Part shown: one piece after another, positions 1 through 8,139 of the stretch | How the letters are laid out: each line of letters starts with the position of its first letter | Numbering within the stretch: the first letter of the stretch is position 1 | IMG/VR virus record: IMGVR_UViG_3300045935_000034 | Span: 1-59,478 of that record | Reading direction: 5' to 3' (one strand) | Length of the DNA stretch: 59,478 bases | DNA from: a virus | Lineage: Duplodnaviria > Caudoviricetes | Notes under the pieces: model-generated | Seen by the model: only the letters and a program-made list of their open reading frames with translations | What the model was told of the DNA's origin: nothing | Database searches by the model: none | Position numbers and translations under genes: made by a program

Positions 1-59
1 TCGCCTCTTTCACGTCCGTGGTGCTCAGCCCGGCTGATCCCAGGCTGGGCGCCACGCTC

Positions 60-160
60 GTCACCCGGCCGGGGGTAGGGGCGGTCGGATCGTCAGGACT
101 GAGGCCGCAAAAGACCGCAGCGTTAGTGACGATGGCACCCTGACAAATCATTTGCGTTGC
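60..160. other. Probable cos/packaging-initiation region
   Basis: GGGGGTAGGGGCGGTCGGATC...GACCGC lies between the HNH gene (window end, if circular) and the ParB/terminase genes, the usual layout of HK97-type cos phages. Exact cut site not determinable. Confidence 0.45.
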
Positions 161-197
161 TAACGACGTTTAACGCTGGTCGACAGGAGGCCAGAAC

Positions 198-692
198 ATG
201 ACGGTGACCTCGCAGTCCTACGACGCGAAGGCTGATATTTCAGAGCTGGTCGAGCACCCGCGCAACCCGCGCCGGGGAGTCGACGCCGTGGTGTCACGCT
301 CGATCACCGCGAACGGGTTCTATGGTGCGATCATCGCGCACAGCGCGACCGGCTACGTCCTCGCGGGACACACCCGCCGTCGCGCTCTGCTCGCGCAGGG
401 CACGACCATCGCCCCGGTGCTGTGGGTCGAGTGCGACGACCGCACCGCGACGCGCATCCTGCTCGCCGACAACAAAACCGCAGAGCTGGCCGAGTGGGAT
501 AACGACATGCTCGCCGAGATGCTGCGCGACATGGGCGAGACTGAGTACCTCGGCGCGGGCTTCACGACCTACGACCTCGAAGCGCTCGCGCGTCAGCTCG
601 ACGAGTTCGAGCCGGAGCTGACCGACGAGCGCGCCGACGTCGCGAAGAAGGAGATCACGTGCCCCGCGTGCAGTCACGTGTGGACGGTCTGA
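198..692 (+). CDS. ParB/Srx N-terminal domain protein with C-terminal Zn ribbon
   Basis: HPRNPR..SITANGF..AGHTR..LADNK motifs; ends CPAC; AGGAGG RBS. Confidence 0.85.
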   Translation: MTVTSQSYDAKADISELVEHPRNPRRGVDAVVSRSITANGFYGAIIAHSATGYVLAGHTRRRALLAQGTTIAPVLWVECDDRTATRILLADNKTAELAEWDNDMLAEMLRDMGETEYLGAGFTTYDLEALARQLDEFEPELTDERADVAKKEITCPACSHVWTV

Positions 693-693
693 C

Positions 694-1401
694 ATGAACA
701 TCACCATCGCGCCGTGTTCGTACGCGACAGCGAACAAGGCAGTCCAGCGCTGGCACTATTCGCGGCTCATGCCGCGCGGATTCAAGGTGATCTACGCCGC
801 ATTCGAGGATGCCCGGTTTGTCGGCGTGTTCGTGTTCGGCGTCGGTGTCGGCAAAGGCACGCCGGTCAGCCACGTCGAAGTCCGCGACGCGCTCGAACTC
901 CAGCGCATCGCGTTCACCGACCACGCCGCGCCGATCTCTCAGCACATGGCCGCAGCCGTCCGCAGACTGCGCGCACATCACAGCCTGCGCCTGCTCGTCT
1001 CCTACGCCGACCCGTTCCACGGACACCACGGCGGGATCTACCAGGCGGCAGGCTGGACCTACGTCGGCACGTCCGGGCCGTCGAACATGTACCGCGCGCC
1101 CAACGGTGAACTGAAACACTCCCGCGTCGTCACGCCGACCGGCTATAACCGCCAGTTCGGCTCGATAAAACGCGCATGGAAGTCCGACGTCTTCACGAAA
1201 GTGATCATGCCGGGCAAGCATCTCTACATACTCGGGCTCGACCGGCCGACGCGACGCGCAGTGAGCGCGCTCGCCAGGCCGTATCCGCCCGCTCGCGTGC
1301 TAGGTCTCGACGGTGAGACGGCTGGGTTCCGCCCGGCAGGTGTCGGTTCGACTCCGGCAGCGCGCTCAGAACACGACCCGGTCGCCGCGGAAGCGTCCTA
1401 G
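694..1401 (+). CDS. mom: Mom-like (GNAT-fold) adenine hypermodification enzyme
   Basis: RWHYS, ELQR, LVSYADPFHGHHGGIYQAAGWTYVG, GKHLY and PYP motifs typical of Mu Mom homologues. Confidence 0.85.
   Translation: MNITIAPCSYATANKAVQRWHYSRLMPRGFKVIYAAFEDARFVGVFVFGVGVGKGTPVSHVEVRDALELQRIAFTDHAAPISQHMAAAVRRLRAHHSLRLLVSYADPFHGHHGGIYQAAGWTYVGTSGPSNMYRAPNGELKHSRVVTPTGYNRQFGSIKRAWKSDVFTKVIMPGKHLYILGLDRPTRRAVSALARPYPPARVLGLDGETAGFRPAGVGSTPAARSEHDPVAAEAS
1295..1366 (+). tRNA. tRNA-Gly(UCC)-like element, non-canonical, inside mom CDS
   Basis: Acceptor GCGTGCT/AGCGCGC, D-stem GTCT/AGAC with GG in loop, anticodon stem GCTGG/CCGGC with TCC at 1328-1330, T-arm GTCGG-TTCGACT-CCGGC, discriminator T1366; no encoded CCA. 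Confidence 0.85.
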
Positions 1402-1557
1402 ACTCGAACGCCCGGGTTGCGCTCAGCCAGCCGTCGACGCCCTACGTCGTGCGCTGCTGGCGCTCACAGCGCCCTGGGACGCCGGAGAGGGCCAGGGCAC
1501 ACGTGCACGCACTGGCCCTCTCCATGGCCACGCACGCGCGAGATAAGCTCCCCGCTC

Positions 1558-1737
1558 ATGAGCGACGAGACAGCCCGCACGTGCGCCAAGTGTGGCGAGC
1601 CGCTGACCGCCGACGCGCGAGCCGCAGCGATCCTGTGCGCGTCGTGCGTCGAGCGACTGGGCGCCCCGTACTGGGACACTCGCGACGTCGAGCCGGACGG
1701 CAACGGCAGCGCGCGCGTCGTCGCCAGCGCACAGTAA
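1558..1737 (+). CDS. Small Zn-ribbon protein
   Basis: CAKC...CASC in a 59-aa ORF; weak RBS. Confidence 0.45.
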   Translation: MSDETARTCAKCGEPLTADARAAAILCASCVERLGAPYWDTRDVEPDGNGSARVVASAQ

Positions 1738-1742
1738 CCAGA

Positions 1743-1775
1743 CGCCAGCGCTACGTCACTGGCCGGCACAGGGCC
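1743..1775 (+). repeat. 33-bp direct repeat copy A (core CGTCACTGGCCGGCAC)
   Basis: CGCCAGCGCTACGTCACTGGCCGGCACAGGGCC; one mismatch to 2537-2569. Confidence 0.95.
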
Positions 1776-1921
1776 GACCGGGCAGGCGCCGCGCGAGCAC
1801 CGGGCCACCCGCCCGGCTGGGAGCGCCATGGGCGGCTTCGCCCTACTGCGCTCGTGCACGCGTATCGCCTCGCGGCGACCTCGCCCGGGTCGACGTCCCA
1901 CCCGCCGCAGAACGACCGCAC

Positions 1922-1957
1922 AAAAAAAGGCTGAGCGCGTATCGCGCTCAGCCTTTT
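1922..1957. terminator. Bidirectional intrinsic terminator
   Basis: A7-GGCTGAGCGCG-TAT-CGCGCTCAGCC-T4 between convergent genes. Confidence 0.9.
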
Positions 1958-1972
1958 CGTGTCGGTCTAGCT

Positions 1973-2377
1973 TCAGGCGTTGGCCTGCGCGTCCTCGGCG
2001 TAGAAGTCGCGGATGCCCTGAAGGCGCGAAAGGCGCTCGTTCATCGTGTCGACAAGCACGGTGTCACCCCGGCGGCTCGCACGCCACCTGCGGTCACGCG
2101 TGATCTTGATCAGCTTCGCGCACTCGATGGCGTCGGCGGGCACGTCGTCGCTGTCGGTCGACAGTTTCGCGACGGGCTTCGGCGCGGCCTTCGTCGACTT
2201 GCTCGACTTCGCAGCGGGCTTCGCAGCGGGCTTGGCGGGCGTAGCTTTCGCGGCGGGCTTCGCGGCGGGCTTGCTCGGCTTCGCTGCGGCCTTCGGCGCT
2301 GCGGTCGGCGCTGACTTCGCGTCGCGGCGTGCAGCGGCCCGAGCGGCTTTTTCAGTCTCGGTCAGGCGAACAGTCAT
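1973..2377 (-). CDS. Lys/Ala/Pro-rich histone H1-like protein
   Basis: KPAAK/PAAK repeats; GGGAG RBS; own promoter and terminator. Confidence 0.75.
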   Translation of the reverse strand: MTVRLTETEKAARAAARRDAKSAPTAAPKAAAKPSKPAAKPAAKATPAKPAAKPAAKSSKSTKAAPKPVAKLSTDSDDVPADAIECAKLIKITRDRRWRASRRGDTVLVDTMNERLSRLQGIRDFYAEDAQANA

Positions 2378-2451
2378 GGCGTGCTCCCTAGCTCGGCGTC
2401 ACTCGTCGCGCCCTACGCGACTCGCTGACGCTGTCTCTCTCGTGCTTCTCC

Positions 2452-2481
2452 AAGCTACGGCCGCACTCCGGGCCCTCGCAA
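2452..2481 (-). promoter_or_regulatory. Sigma70/HrdB-like promoter for the leftward gene
   Basis: TTGCGA-18 nt-TAGCTT on the minus strand, CGGCCG just upstream of the -10. Confidence 0.55.
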
Positions 2482-2536
2482 CTCTCTATCCACAATGGAC
2501 TCGGTGTCCCCGGATACACAGGCGCAGAGTCACGAC

Positions 2537-2569
2537 CGCCAGCGCTACGTGACTGGCCGGCACAGGGCC
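2537..2569 (+). repeat. 33-bp direct repeat copy B
   Basis: CGCCAGCGCTACGTGACTGGCCGGCACAGGGCC. Confidence 0.95.
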
Positions 2570-2624
2570 TACGTTCCGCGGCGAGCCGTGAACTTCCGCT
2601 ATATATAAGAGAAACAGGTGTGAT

Positions 2625-3095
2625 ATGGCCAAGCCAGGAGTGAGGCCGATGCCGACGCCTCTTCGGCTACTCACCGGAGATCAGCACAAGAACAGGTACA
2701 ACACCGACGAGCCAGCTCCCCGCGCGAGCGGTCCAGCGCTGCCCGCAGAGATCGGCGACGAGGTCGCCGAGGTATGGCATCGCGTCGTGGGCGAGCTGAC
2801 CGCAATGGGGATCGCTTACGCTGCTGACGCCGACGCACTGCGGTGCTTCTGTGAAGCCGTCGTCGTGCACCGCAAGGCGTCGTTCTTGCTCGCGCGCAGT
2901 CCCGTGCTCGTCAAGGGCACGCTCGGCGGCATGGTCCGCAACCCCGCGATTCAGGTCCAGCGCGACGCGGCGACGACAATCCGCCAGTTCGCTGCTGAGT
3001 TCGGGCTGACGCCATCTTCGCGCAGCACCATTCACGCGCAGGAGACCGGCACGAGCGAAGCCGACAACCCCTTCACCGGAACCGGCACGGGCTGA
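2625..3095 (+). CDS. terS: Terminase small subunit (P27 family)
   Basis: PMPTPLRLLTG...NPAI...EFGLTPSSR; directly upstream of terL. Confidence 0.92.
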   Translation: MAKPGVRPMPTPLRLLTGDQHKNRYNTDEPAPRASGPALPAEIGDEVAEVWHRVVGELTAMGIAYAADADALRCFCEAVVVHRKASFLLARSPVLVKGTLGGMVRNPAIQVQRDAATTIRQFAAEFGLTPSSRSTIHAQETGTSEADNPFTGTGTG

Positions 3096-3123
3096 GTGAC
3101 GCGACAGGGCGGGAGTCACGCCC

Positions 3124-4866
3124 ATGGCACGAACCGTTAAGCCACAGGACATCCCGAAAGTCGTTCCGCCGAGCGCGGCTGAGCTGGAGCGGCTACACCT
3201 CTCGCCCGAAGTCGGCTGGTATCTCGTGTCGCGGGGTATCGCGTTGCCGGACTGCCCGCCCAAGATCAAAACCCCTGAGGGCGGGCAGCTCGCCGGGGCC
3301 CGGTTCGACGCCGCGCGTGTCGACAGAGTGCTCAGCGTGTTCGCTCGACTGCGGCACACACAGGGCAAGTGGGCGGGCGAGCCGTTCATACCCGACTCGT
3401 GGCAGGTCGCCTACATCCTCGCGCCCGTGTTCGGCTGGGTGGCGCGCAACGATGACGGTATCTGGGCTCGTGTCACACGCCGCGTGTACATCGACATCCC
3501 GCGTAAGAACGGCAAGACGTCGCTCGCCGGTGGCATCGCGACATACCTCACGACCGCCGATGGTGAGGCCGGGGCGCAGGTCTACGCCGTGGCGAGTAGC
3601 AAAGATCAGGCCCGGTTTTGCTTCGATCCGGTGAAGAAAATCGCCGAGTCGTCGCCCGCATTGACGCCCTATGTCAAGACTTTGCAGTCACGGATCATCC
3701 ATCAGCCGTCCGGATCGTACTTCGCTGTCGTCTCGCGCGTCGCAGATGTCTTGCACGGGGCCAATATCTCCGGTGCGATCATCGATGAACTGCACATCCA
3801 CAAGACTCCCGACCTGGTCGAGGCAGTCGAGACCGGTACCGGCTCGCGCACTCAGCCGCTGATTCTGATCATCACGACTGCCGACGACGGTCGTCAGGCG
3901 ACGATCTACGCGCGGCGGCGGCACTACGTCGAGCAGCTCGCGCGTGGCGCGCTCACCGACCCCACGATGTACGGGGTGGTGTGGGCGGCAGACAAGGACG
4001 CCGACGCGTTCGTCGAGTCGACCTGGCGCGCTGCTAACCCGGGGTTCGGTATCTCGCCGTCCGCCGCGTATCTCGCGAGCGCGGCGAACGAGGCCAAGAA
4101 CTCACCGGCCGATCTGGCGAAGTTCCTGCGACTGCACTTGGGTTTGCGGACCAAGCAAGAGACGCGGTATCTCGACCTTGAGGTGTGGGACCGCAACGCA
4201 TCGATGGTCAATGAACAGAAGCTCGTCGGGCGCCACTGCTATGGCGGGCTCGACCTCGCCTCGTCGAGCGACCTCTGTGCACTCGCGTACGCCTTCCCCG
4301 ACGGGCTCGGCGGGCACGATCTCTTGTGGCGAATGTGGGCCCCTGAGGGCGCGCTCAGGAAGCTCGACGAGCGCACAGCGGGAGAGTCGCGTGTGTGGGT
4401 GGCGCGTGGCCTGCTGATCGTCACGCCCGGCGACGTCACCGATTACGACTACATCCGTTCACAGATAAATCTCGACGCCGAAAAGTTCGGCATTCGCGAA
4501 ATTGCTTACGACCCGTGGAACGCGTCGCAGCTCGTGACAGACCTCGGCAACGACGGTATATCGATGGTCACGATGCGCCAGGGATTCGCGTCGATGTCCG
4601 GCCCGACAAAAGAGTTTCAGCGGCTCATGCTCGAAGGCACGTCCGAGGTACCGCGGCTTCGGCATGGCGGTAACCCCGCCGTGCGCTGGCAGGTCGACAA
4701 CCTCGCGGTTGAAATGGACGCTGCGGGCAACGTGAAGCCCAGTAAGAAAAACAGCGGAGACAAGATTGACGCGATTGTCGCCGCGATCATGGCGCTGTCC
4801 CGCGCCGTGCACTATGTCGAGCCGCGCAGGTCCGCGTACGCCGACAACGATCTGGAGGTCGTGTGA
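3124..4866 (+). CDS. terL: Terminase large subunit (cos type)
   Basis: Walker A PRKNGKT, IIDELH, GGLDLAS, YDPWN, KIDAIVA. Confidence 0.97.
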   Translation: MARTVKPQDIPKVVPPSAAELERLHLSPEVGWYLVSRGIALPDCPPKIKTPEGGQLAGARFDAARVDRVLSVFARLRHTQGKWAGEPFIPDSWQVAYILAPVFGWVARNDDGIWARVTRRVYIDIPRKNGKTSLAGGIATYLTTADGEAGAQVYAVASSKDQARFCFDPVKKIAESSPALTPYVKTLQSRIIHQPSGSYFAVVSRVADVLHGANISGAIIDELHIHKTPDLVEAVETGTGSRTQPLILIITTADDGRQATIYARRRHYVEQLARGALTDPTMYGVVWAADKDADAFVESTWRAANPGFGISPSAAYLASAANEAKNSPADLAKFLRLHLGLRTKQETRYLDLEVWDRNASMVNEQKLVGRHCYGGLDLASSSDLCALAYAFPDGLGGHDLLWRMWAPEGALRKLDERTAGESRVWVARGLLIVTPGDVTDYDYIRSQINLDAEKFGIREIAYDPWNASQLVTDLGNDGISMVTMRQGFASMSGPTKEFQRLMLEGTSEVPRLRHGGNPAVRWQVDNLAVEMDAAGNVKPSKKNSGDKIDAIVAAIMALSRAVHYVEPRRSAYADNDLEVV

Positions 4867-5147
4867 TCCTCGCAATCCTGATCGTGGTCGCATCTGTGGC
4901 GATTCTCGCGACGGGATACCTGATCGCAGAGCGACTGCTCGACGCGAGCACTGTCGTGCGCCGTCGAGTGGTTGTGAACCTCTCTGACGGGCGCGCATTC
5001 TCCGGCGTGCTGACCGCGCGCCGCCGCAGGCTGCTCGTGCTGCGCAACGCCGAGCTACTGGAAAAGGGACTGTCGCCCGTCGCTATCGATGGAGTCGTCG
5101 TGATCGAGCGTGACCGAGTCGAGTTCGTCCAGGCAGCGGGAGGCTGA
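4863..5147 (+). CDS. Small membrane-anchored, Sm-like hypothetical protein
   Basis: N-terminal TM helix; VVVNLSDGRAFSGVL; overlaps terL stop. Confidence 0.7.
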   Translation: MILAILIVVASVAILATGYLIAERLLDASTVVRRRVVVNLSDGRAFSGVLTARRRRLLVLRNAELLEKGLSPVAIDGVVVIERDRVEFVQAAGG

Positions 5148-5149
5148 CA

Positions 5150-7075
5150 ATGTCGTTCGTCATCTCCCAGGGGCAGATGTCCAAAGTGGAACGGACCCTG
5201 TTCCCGCACGCGCCGATGGTGCGGCTCGACGACAATCTCGTCGAAGACTACGCGCAGATATGGCGCAGTCAGCCCAACGTCCGCACCGTGGTCGACTTCC
5301 TCGCGCGCAACATCGCGCAGTTGCCCATCCAGGTGTTCCGCCGCGTGTCCGACACGGACCGTGAACGGCTCAACGATCACCCGCTCGCGCAGCTTCTCAA
5401 GCGCCCCAACTACTTCACGACCCACTACCGCGCGATTGACAGCCTGATTCACGATATGGGCATCTATGACAATGCGTTCTGGGTCAAGGTCAGGCCTGAC
5501 AGTGGCGGGCAAATGACCGGGCTCGTGCGTGTCGACCCGCGCATGGTGACCCCGATCGGCACGACCTTTATCACGAGCACCGACTACATGATTCAGGGCA
5601 ACGGCGGATATCTCACGGTGCCCGCCGATCAGATGGTGCACTTCCGGGGCTATAACCCCGACAACATGCGTTGGGGCTGCTCGCCTATCGAGACGCTGCG
5701 CCGCGTGCTGATCGAAGAGTTCCAGGCTGGGGTGTACCGCGAGCAGTTGTGGCGCAACAGCGCCCGCATGTCCGGCTATCTCTCGCGACCGACTGACGCG
5801 CCGATGTGGGGCAAGGACGACCGGGGCCGGTTCCGTGAGCAGTGGCAAGCCCAGTACGCGGGCTCAGACGGCACGCACGCGGGAGGCACGCCGATTCTCG
5901 AAGACGGCATGTCATTCACGCAGGCCGCCGTCACACCCGAGCAGGCGCAGTACCTTGAGAATCGCAAGCTCACCCGCGAGGAAGTCGCTGCGGCATACCA
6001 CATCCCGCTCCCGATGGTCGGCATCCTCGATCATGCGACGTACTCGAACATGAACCAGGCCCACGCCCAGCTCTATCAGGACACGCTCGGCCCTTGGTTT
6101 CAGCAGCTCTCTGAGGACATCGAACTCCAGTTGCTACCGGAGTTCGACGACAACGACGGCGTGTACGTCGAGTTCAACATTGCTGCGAAGCTCGCGGGCT
6201 CGTTCGAGGAGCAGGCCGCAGTTCTACAATCTGCTGTCGGCGCGCCGTACATGCTGCGCAACGAGGCACGTGCGCGACTCAACCTGCCAGAGCTCGACGG
6301 CGGCAATGAACTCGTCACGCCGCTCAATGTCCTGATCGGCGGACAGGCTAGCCCAACCGACAGCGCCCCGCCGGCAAACCCGCTCTCCGCACCGAAACAT
6401 GTTGTGCCCCTTCATAAAGCGCGCGCGTCGGTCGCCGACGTCGACAAGATCAAGGCGTTGATGGCTGCGTTTTTCGCGCGTCAGCACAAGGCCATCTCGT
6501 CCGCGGTGGGTGCAACGCCGGACCCGTCGATCGGCGATGTGTTCGACGACGAACGCTGGGACAACGAACTGACCGGGGACCTGTTCAAGACAGCGGTTCC
6601 CGTCGCGTCGGGCATCGGCCGGGCCGTGCTGGAACTGCTCGGGCTCGACACAGTGTATGACGCGGTGCGCACACATTCCTACCTGCACACGTTCGCCGAG
6701 CTTGCTGCTACCGGGATCAACGACACCACGAAAGCGGACGTCACCGAGAAGCTCACTGCCGACGAGCCGTTGGTAGCGCTACAGGAATTGTTCGACGGCT
6801 ACCAGGGCGGACGTGCCGATCAGATCGGCGAGACGCAGGGCACTGCACTGTCAGGTTTCGGCAGTGAGGAAGCCGTGAAGCAGACCGGCATGGACGGCAG
6901 CAAGACGTGGCAAGTCACGTCGAAAAACCCGCGTGCGTCACATGCCGCGATGGACGGCGAAACCGTTGGGGTGGAAGAGGAATTCTCGAACGGTGCCAAG
7001 TGGCCGGGAGACTCCTCGCTTGATGTCGACGAGCGCGCCAACTGCTCGTGTGAGGTCGTCATGTCCGTCTCGTGA
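5150..7075 (+). CDS. HK97-type portal fused to a MuF-like head morphogenesis domain
   Basis: Portal motifs (IAQLP, GCSPIE, ILEDGM, NEARARLNLP); C-terminal KTW..PRASH..DGE..WPGD..NCSC. Confidence 0.92.
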   Translation: MSFVISQGQMSKVERTLFPHAPMVRLDDNLVEDYAQIWRSQPNVRTVVDFLARNIAQLPIQVFRRVSDTDRERLNDHPLAQLLKRPNYFTTHYRAIDSLIHDMGIYDNAFWVKVRPDSGGQMTGLVRVDPRMVTPIGTTFITSTDYMIQGNGGYLTVPADQMVHFRGYNPDNMRWGCSPIETLRRVLIEEFQAGVYREQLWRNSARMSGYLSRPTDAPMWGKDDRGRFREQWQAQYAGSDGTHAGGTPILEDGMSFTQAAVTPEQAQYLENRKLTREEVAAAYHIPLPMVGILDHATYSNMNQAHAQLYQDTLGPWFQQLSEDIELQLLPEFDDNDGVYVEFNIAAKLAGSFEEQAAVLQSAVGAPYMLRNEARARLNLPELDGGNELVTPLNVLIGGQASPTDSAPPANPLSAPKHVVPLHKARASVADVDKIKALMAAFFARQHKAISSAVGATPDPSIGDVFDDERWDNELTGDLFKTAVPVASGIGRAVLELLGLDTVYDAVRTHSYLHTFAELAATGINDTTKADVTEKLTADEPLVALQELFDGYQGGRADQIGETQGTALSGFGSEEAVKQTGMDGSKTWQVTSKNPRASHAAMDGETVGVEEEFSNGAKWPGDSSLDVDERANCSCEVVMSVS

Positions 7076-7166
7076 TCTTCGGCTCGACCAGACCCGCCGG
7101 TCTCAGCAATGCCCTTCCCGCGCGATCGGTGGCCGGTCCTGGTCATGCCCGAAAGGAACTTGTCGG

Positions 7167-8117
7167 ATGAAAATCAAAACGTGCGCCGCGCAGATCAAGG
7201 CCGCAGGTCCCCATGAGGGCACAGAAGACGGACAGTTTGACGCGATCGTGGCGACCTACGATTTGGACTCTGTCGGCGATATGATCATGCCCGGCGCGTT
7301 CGCCGAGACCCTCGCGGAGTGGTCAGCGTCAGGCGACCCCATCCCGGTCTACTGGTCGCACCGCATGGACGACCCTGCGATGTGCATCGGCAGCGTGCTC
7401 AACGCTCAGGAAACCGAGCAGGGCTTGAAAGTCACCGCACAGCTCGACTTGGATAACCCGACAGCCGTGCAGGTGTACAAGCTCCTCAAGGGCCGCCGGG
7501 TGACGCAATTCAGTTTCGCCTACGACGTCGAAGAAGGCGCGTACGTCGAGAAGGCAGACGAGCGTTCCTATTACGAGCTGCGGAAACTCAAGCTCTACGA
7601 AGTCGGACCGACGCCGATCGGCGCGAATCAGCACACCGAACTGATCGACGTGAAGTCTGGGCTTACCGTCGAAGTGCACAGCGCAGACCGCGCCGCAGCA
7701 GCCGCGTTCGCGAAGTCGATCCGCAGCGCGCTCGCCGAACTCCCGGATACCGCTGTGGGAAACAACTCCACTGCGCCCGACGCCAAGCCCGCCGAGCAGC
7801 CCGGCGTGGCCGGCACAGGGCCCACCCCAGATTTTCAGGCCAAGGACGGCCGGAGAAACAGCAAAGCGGATGCGTCGAGCGTGCAGACGATCCACGATGC
7901 GGCAACAAATCTCGGCGCCGAATGCGAGCCCAGTGAAGAAGAGGTCACCGAGCCCGCCGACGACACCGAGGAAGACGCAGGAAAGGCCACGCTCGACACG
8001 CACGCCACGACCGAGGAGCCCGACGGGGCCAAGGCCGATGTGCCAGCGCAGGAAAGCCCCGCCTCATTCCGTCTACGCGCAGAGCTGACCTCGTCCGAGG
8101 TCGAGTTCGTTTCGTAA
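7167..8117 (+). CDS. HK97 prohead protease with acidic C-terminal extension
   Basis: DSVGDMIMPGAF, WSH, FSFAY, LYEVGPTPIGAN; GAAAGGA RBS before ATG 7167. Confidence 0.92.
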   Translation: MKIKTCAAQIKAAGPHEGTEDGQFDAIVATYDLDSVGDMIMPGAFAETLAEWSASGDPIPVYWSHRMDDPAMCIGSVLNAQETEQGLKVTAQLDLDNPTAVQVYKLLKGRRVTQFSFAYDVEEGAYVEKADERSYYELRKLKLYEVGPTPIGANQHTELIDVKSGLTVEVHSADRAAAAAFAKSIRSALAELPDTAVGNNSTAPDAKPAEQPGVAGTGPTPDFQAKDGRRNSKADASSVQTIHDAATNLGAECEPSEEEVTEPADDTEEDAGKATLDTHATTEEPDGAKADVPAQESPASFRLRAELTSSEVEFVS

Positions 8118-8139
8118 ACCGAAGTGGGGAAACAGAACC

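Noticed and set aside
1295-1366. tRNA as an attP remnant
   Set aside because: It is full-length and divergent rather than an exact 3' half, lies far from the integrase, and large serine recombinases do not typically carry tRNA duplications.
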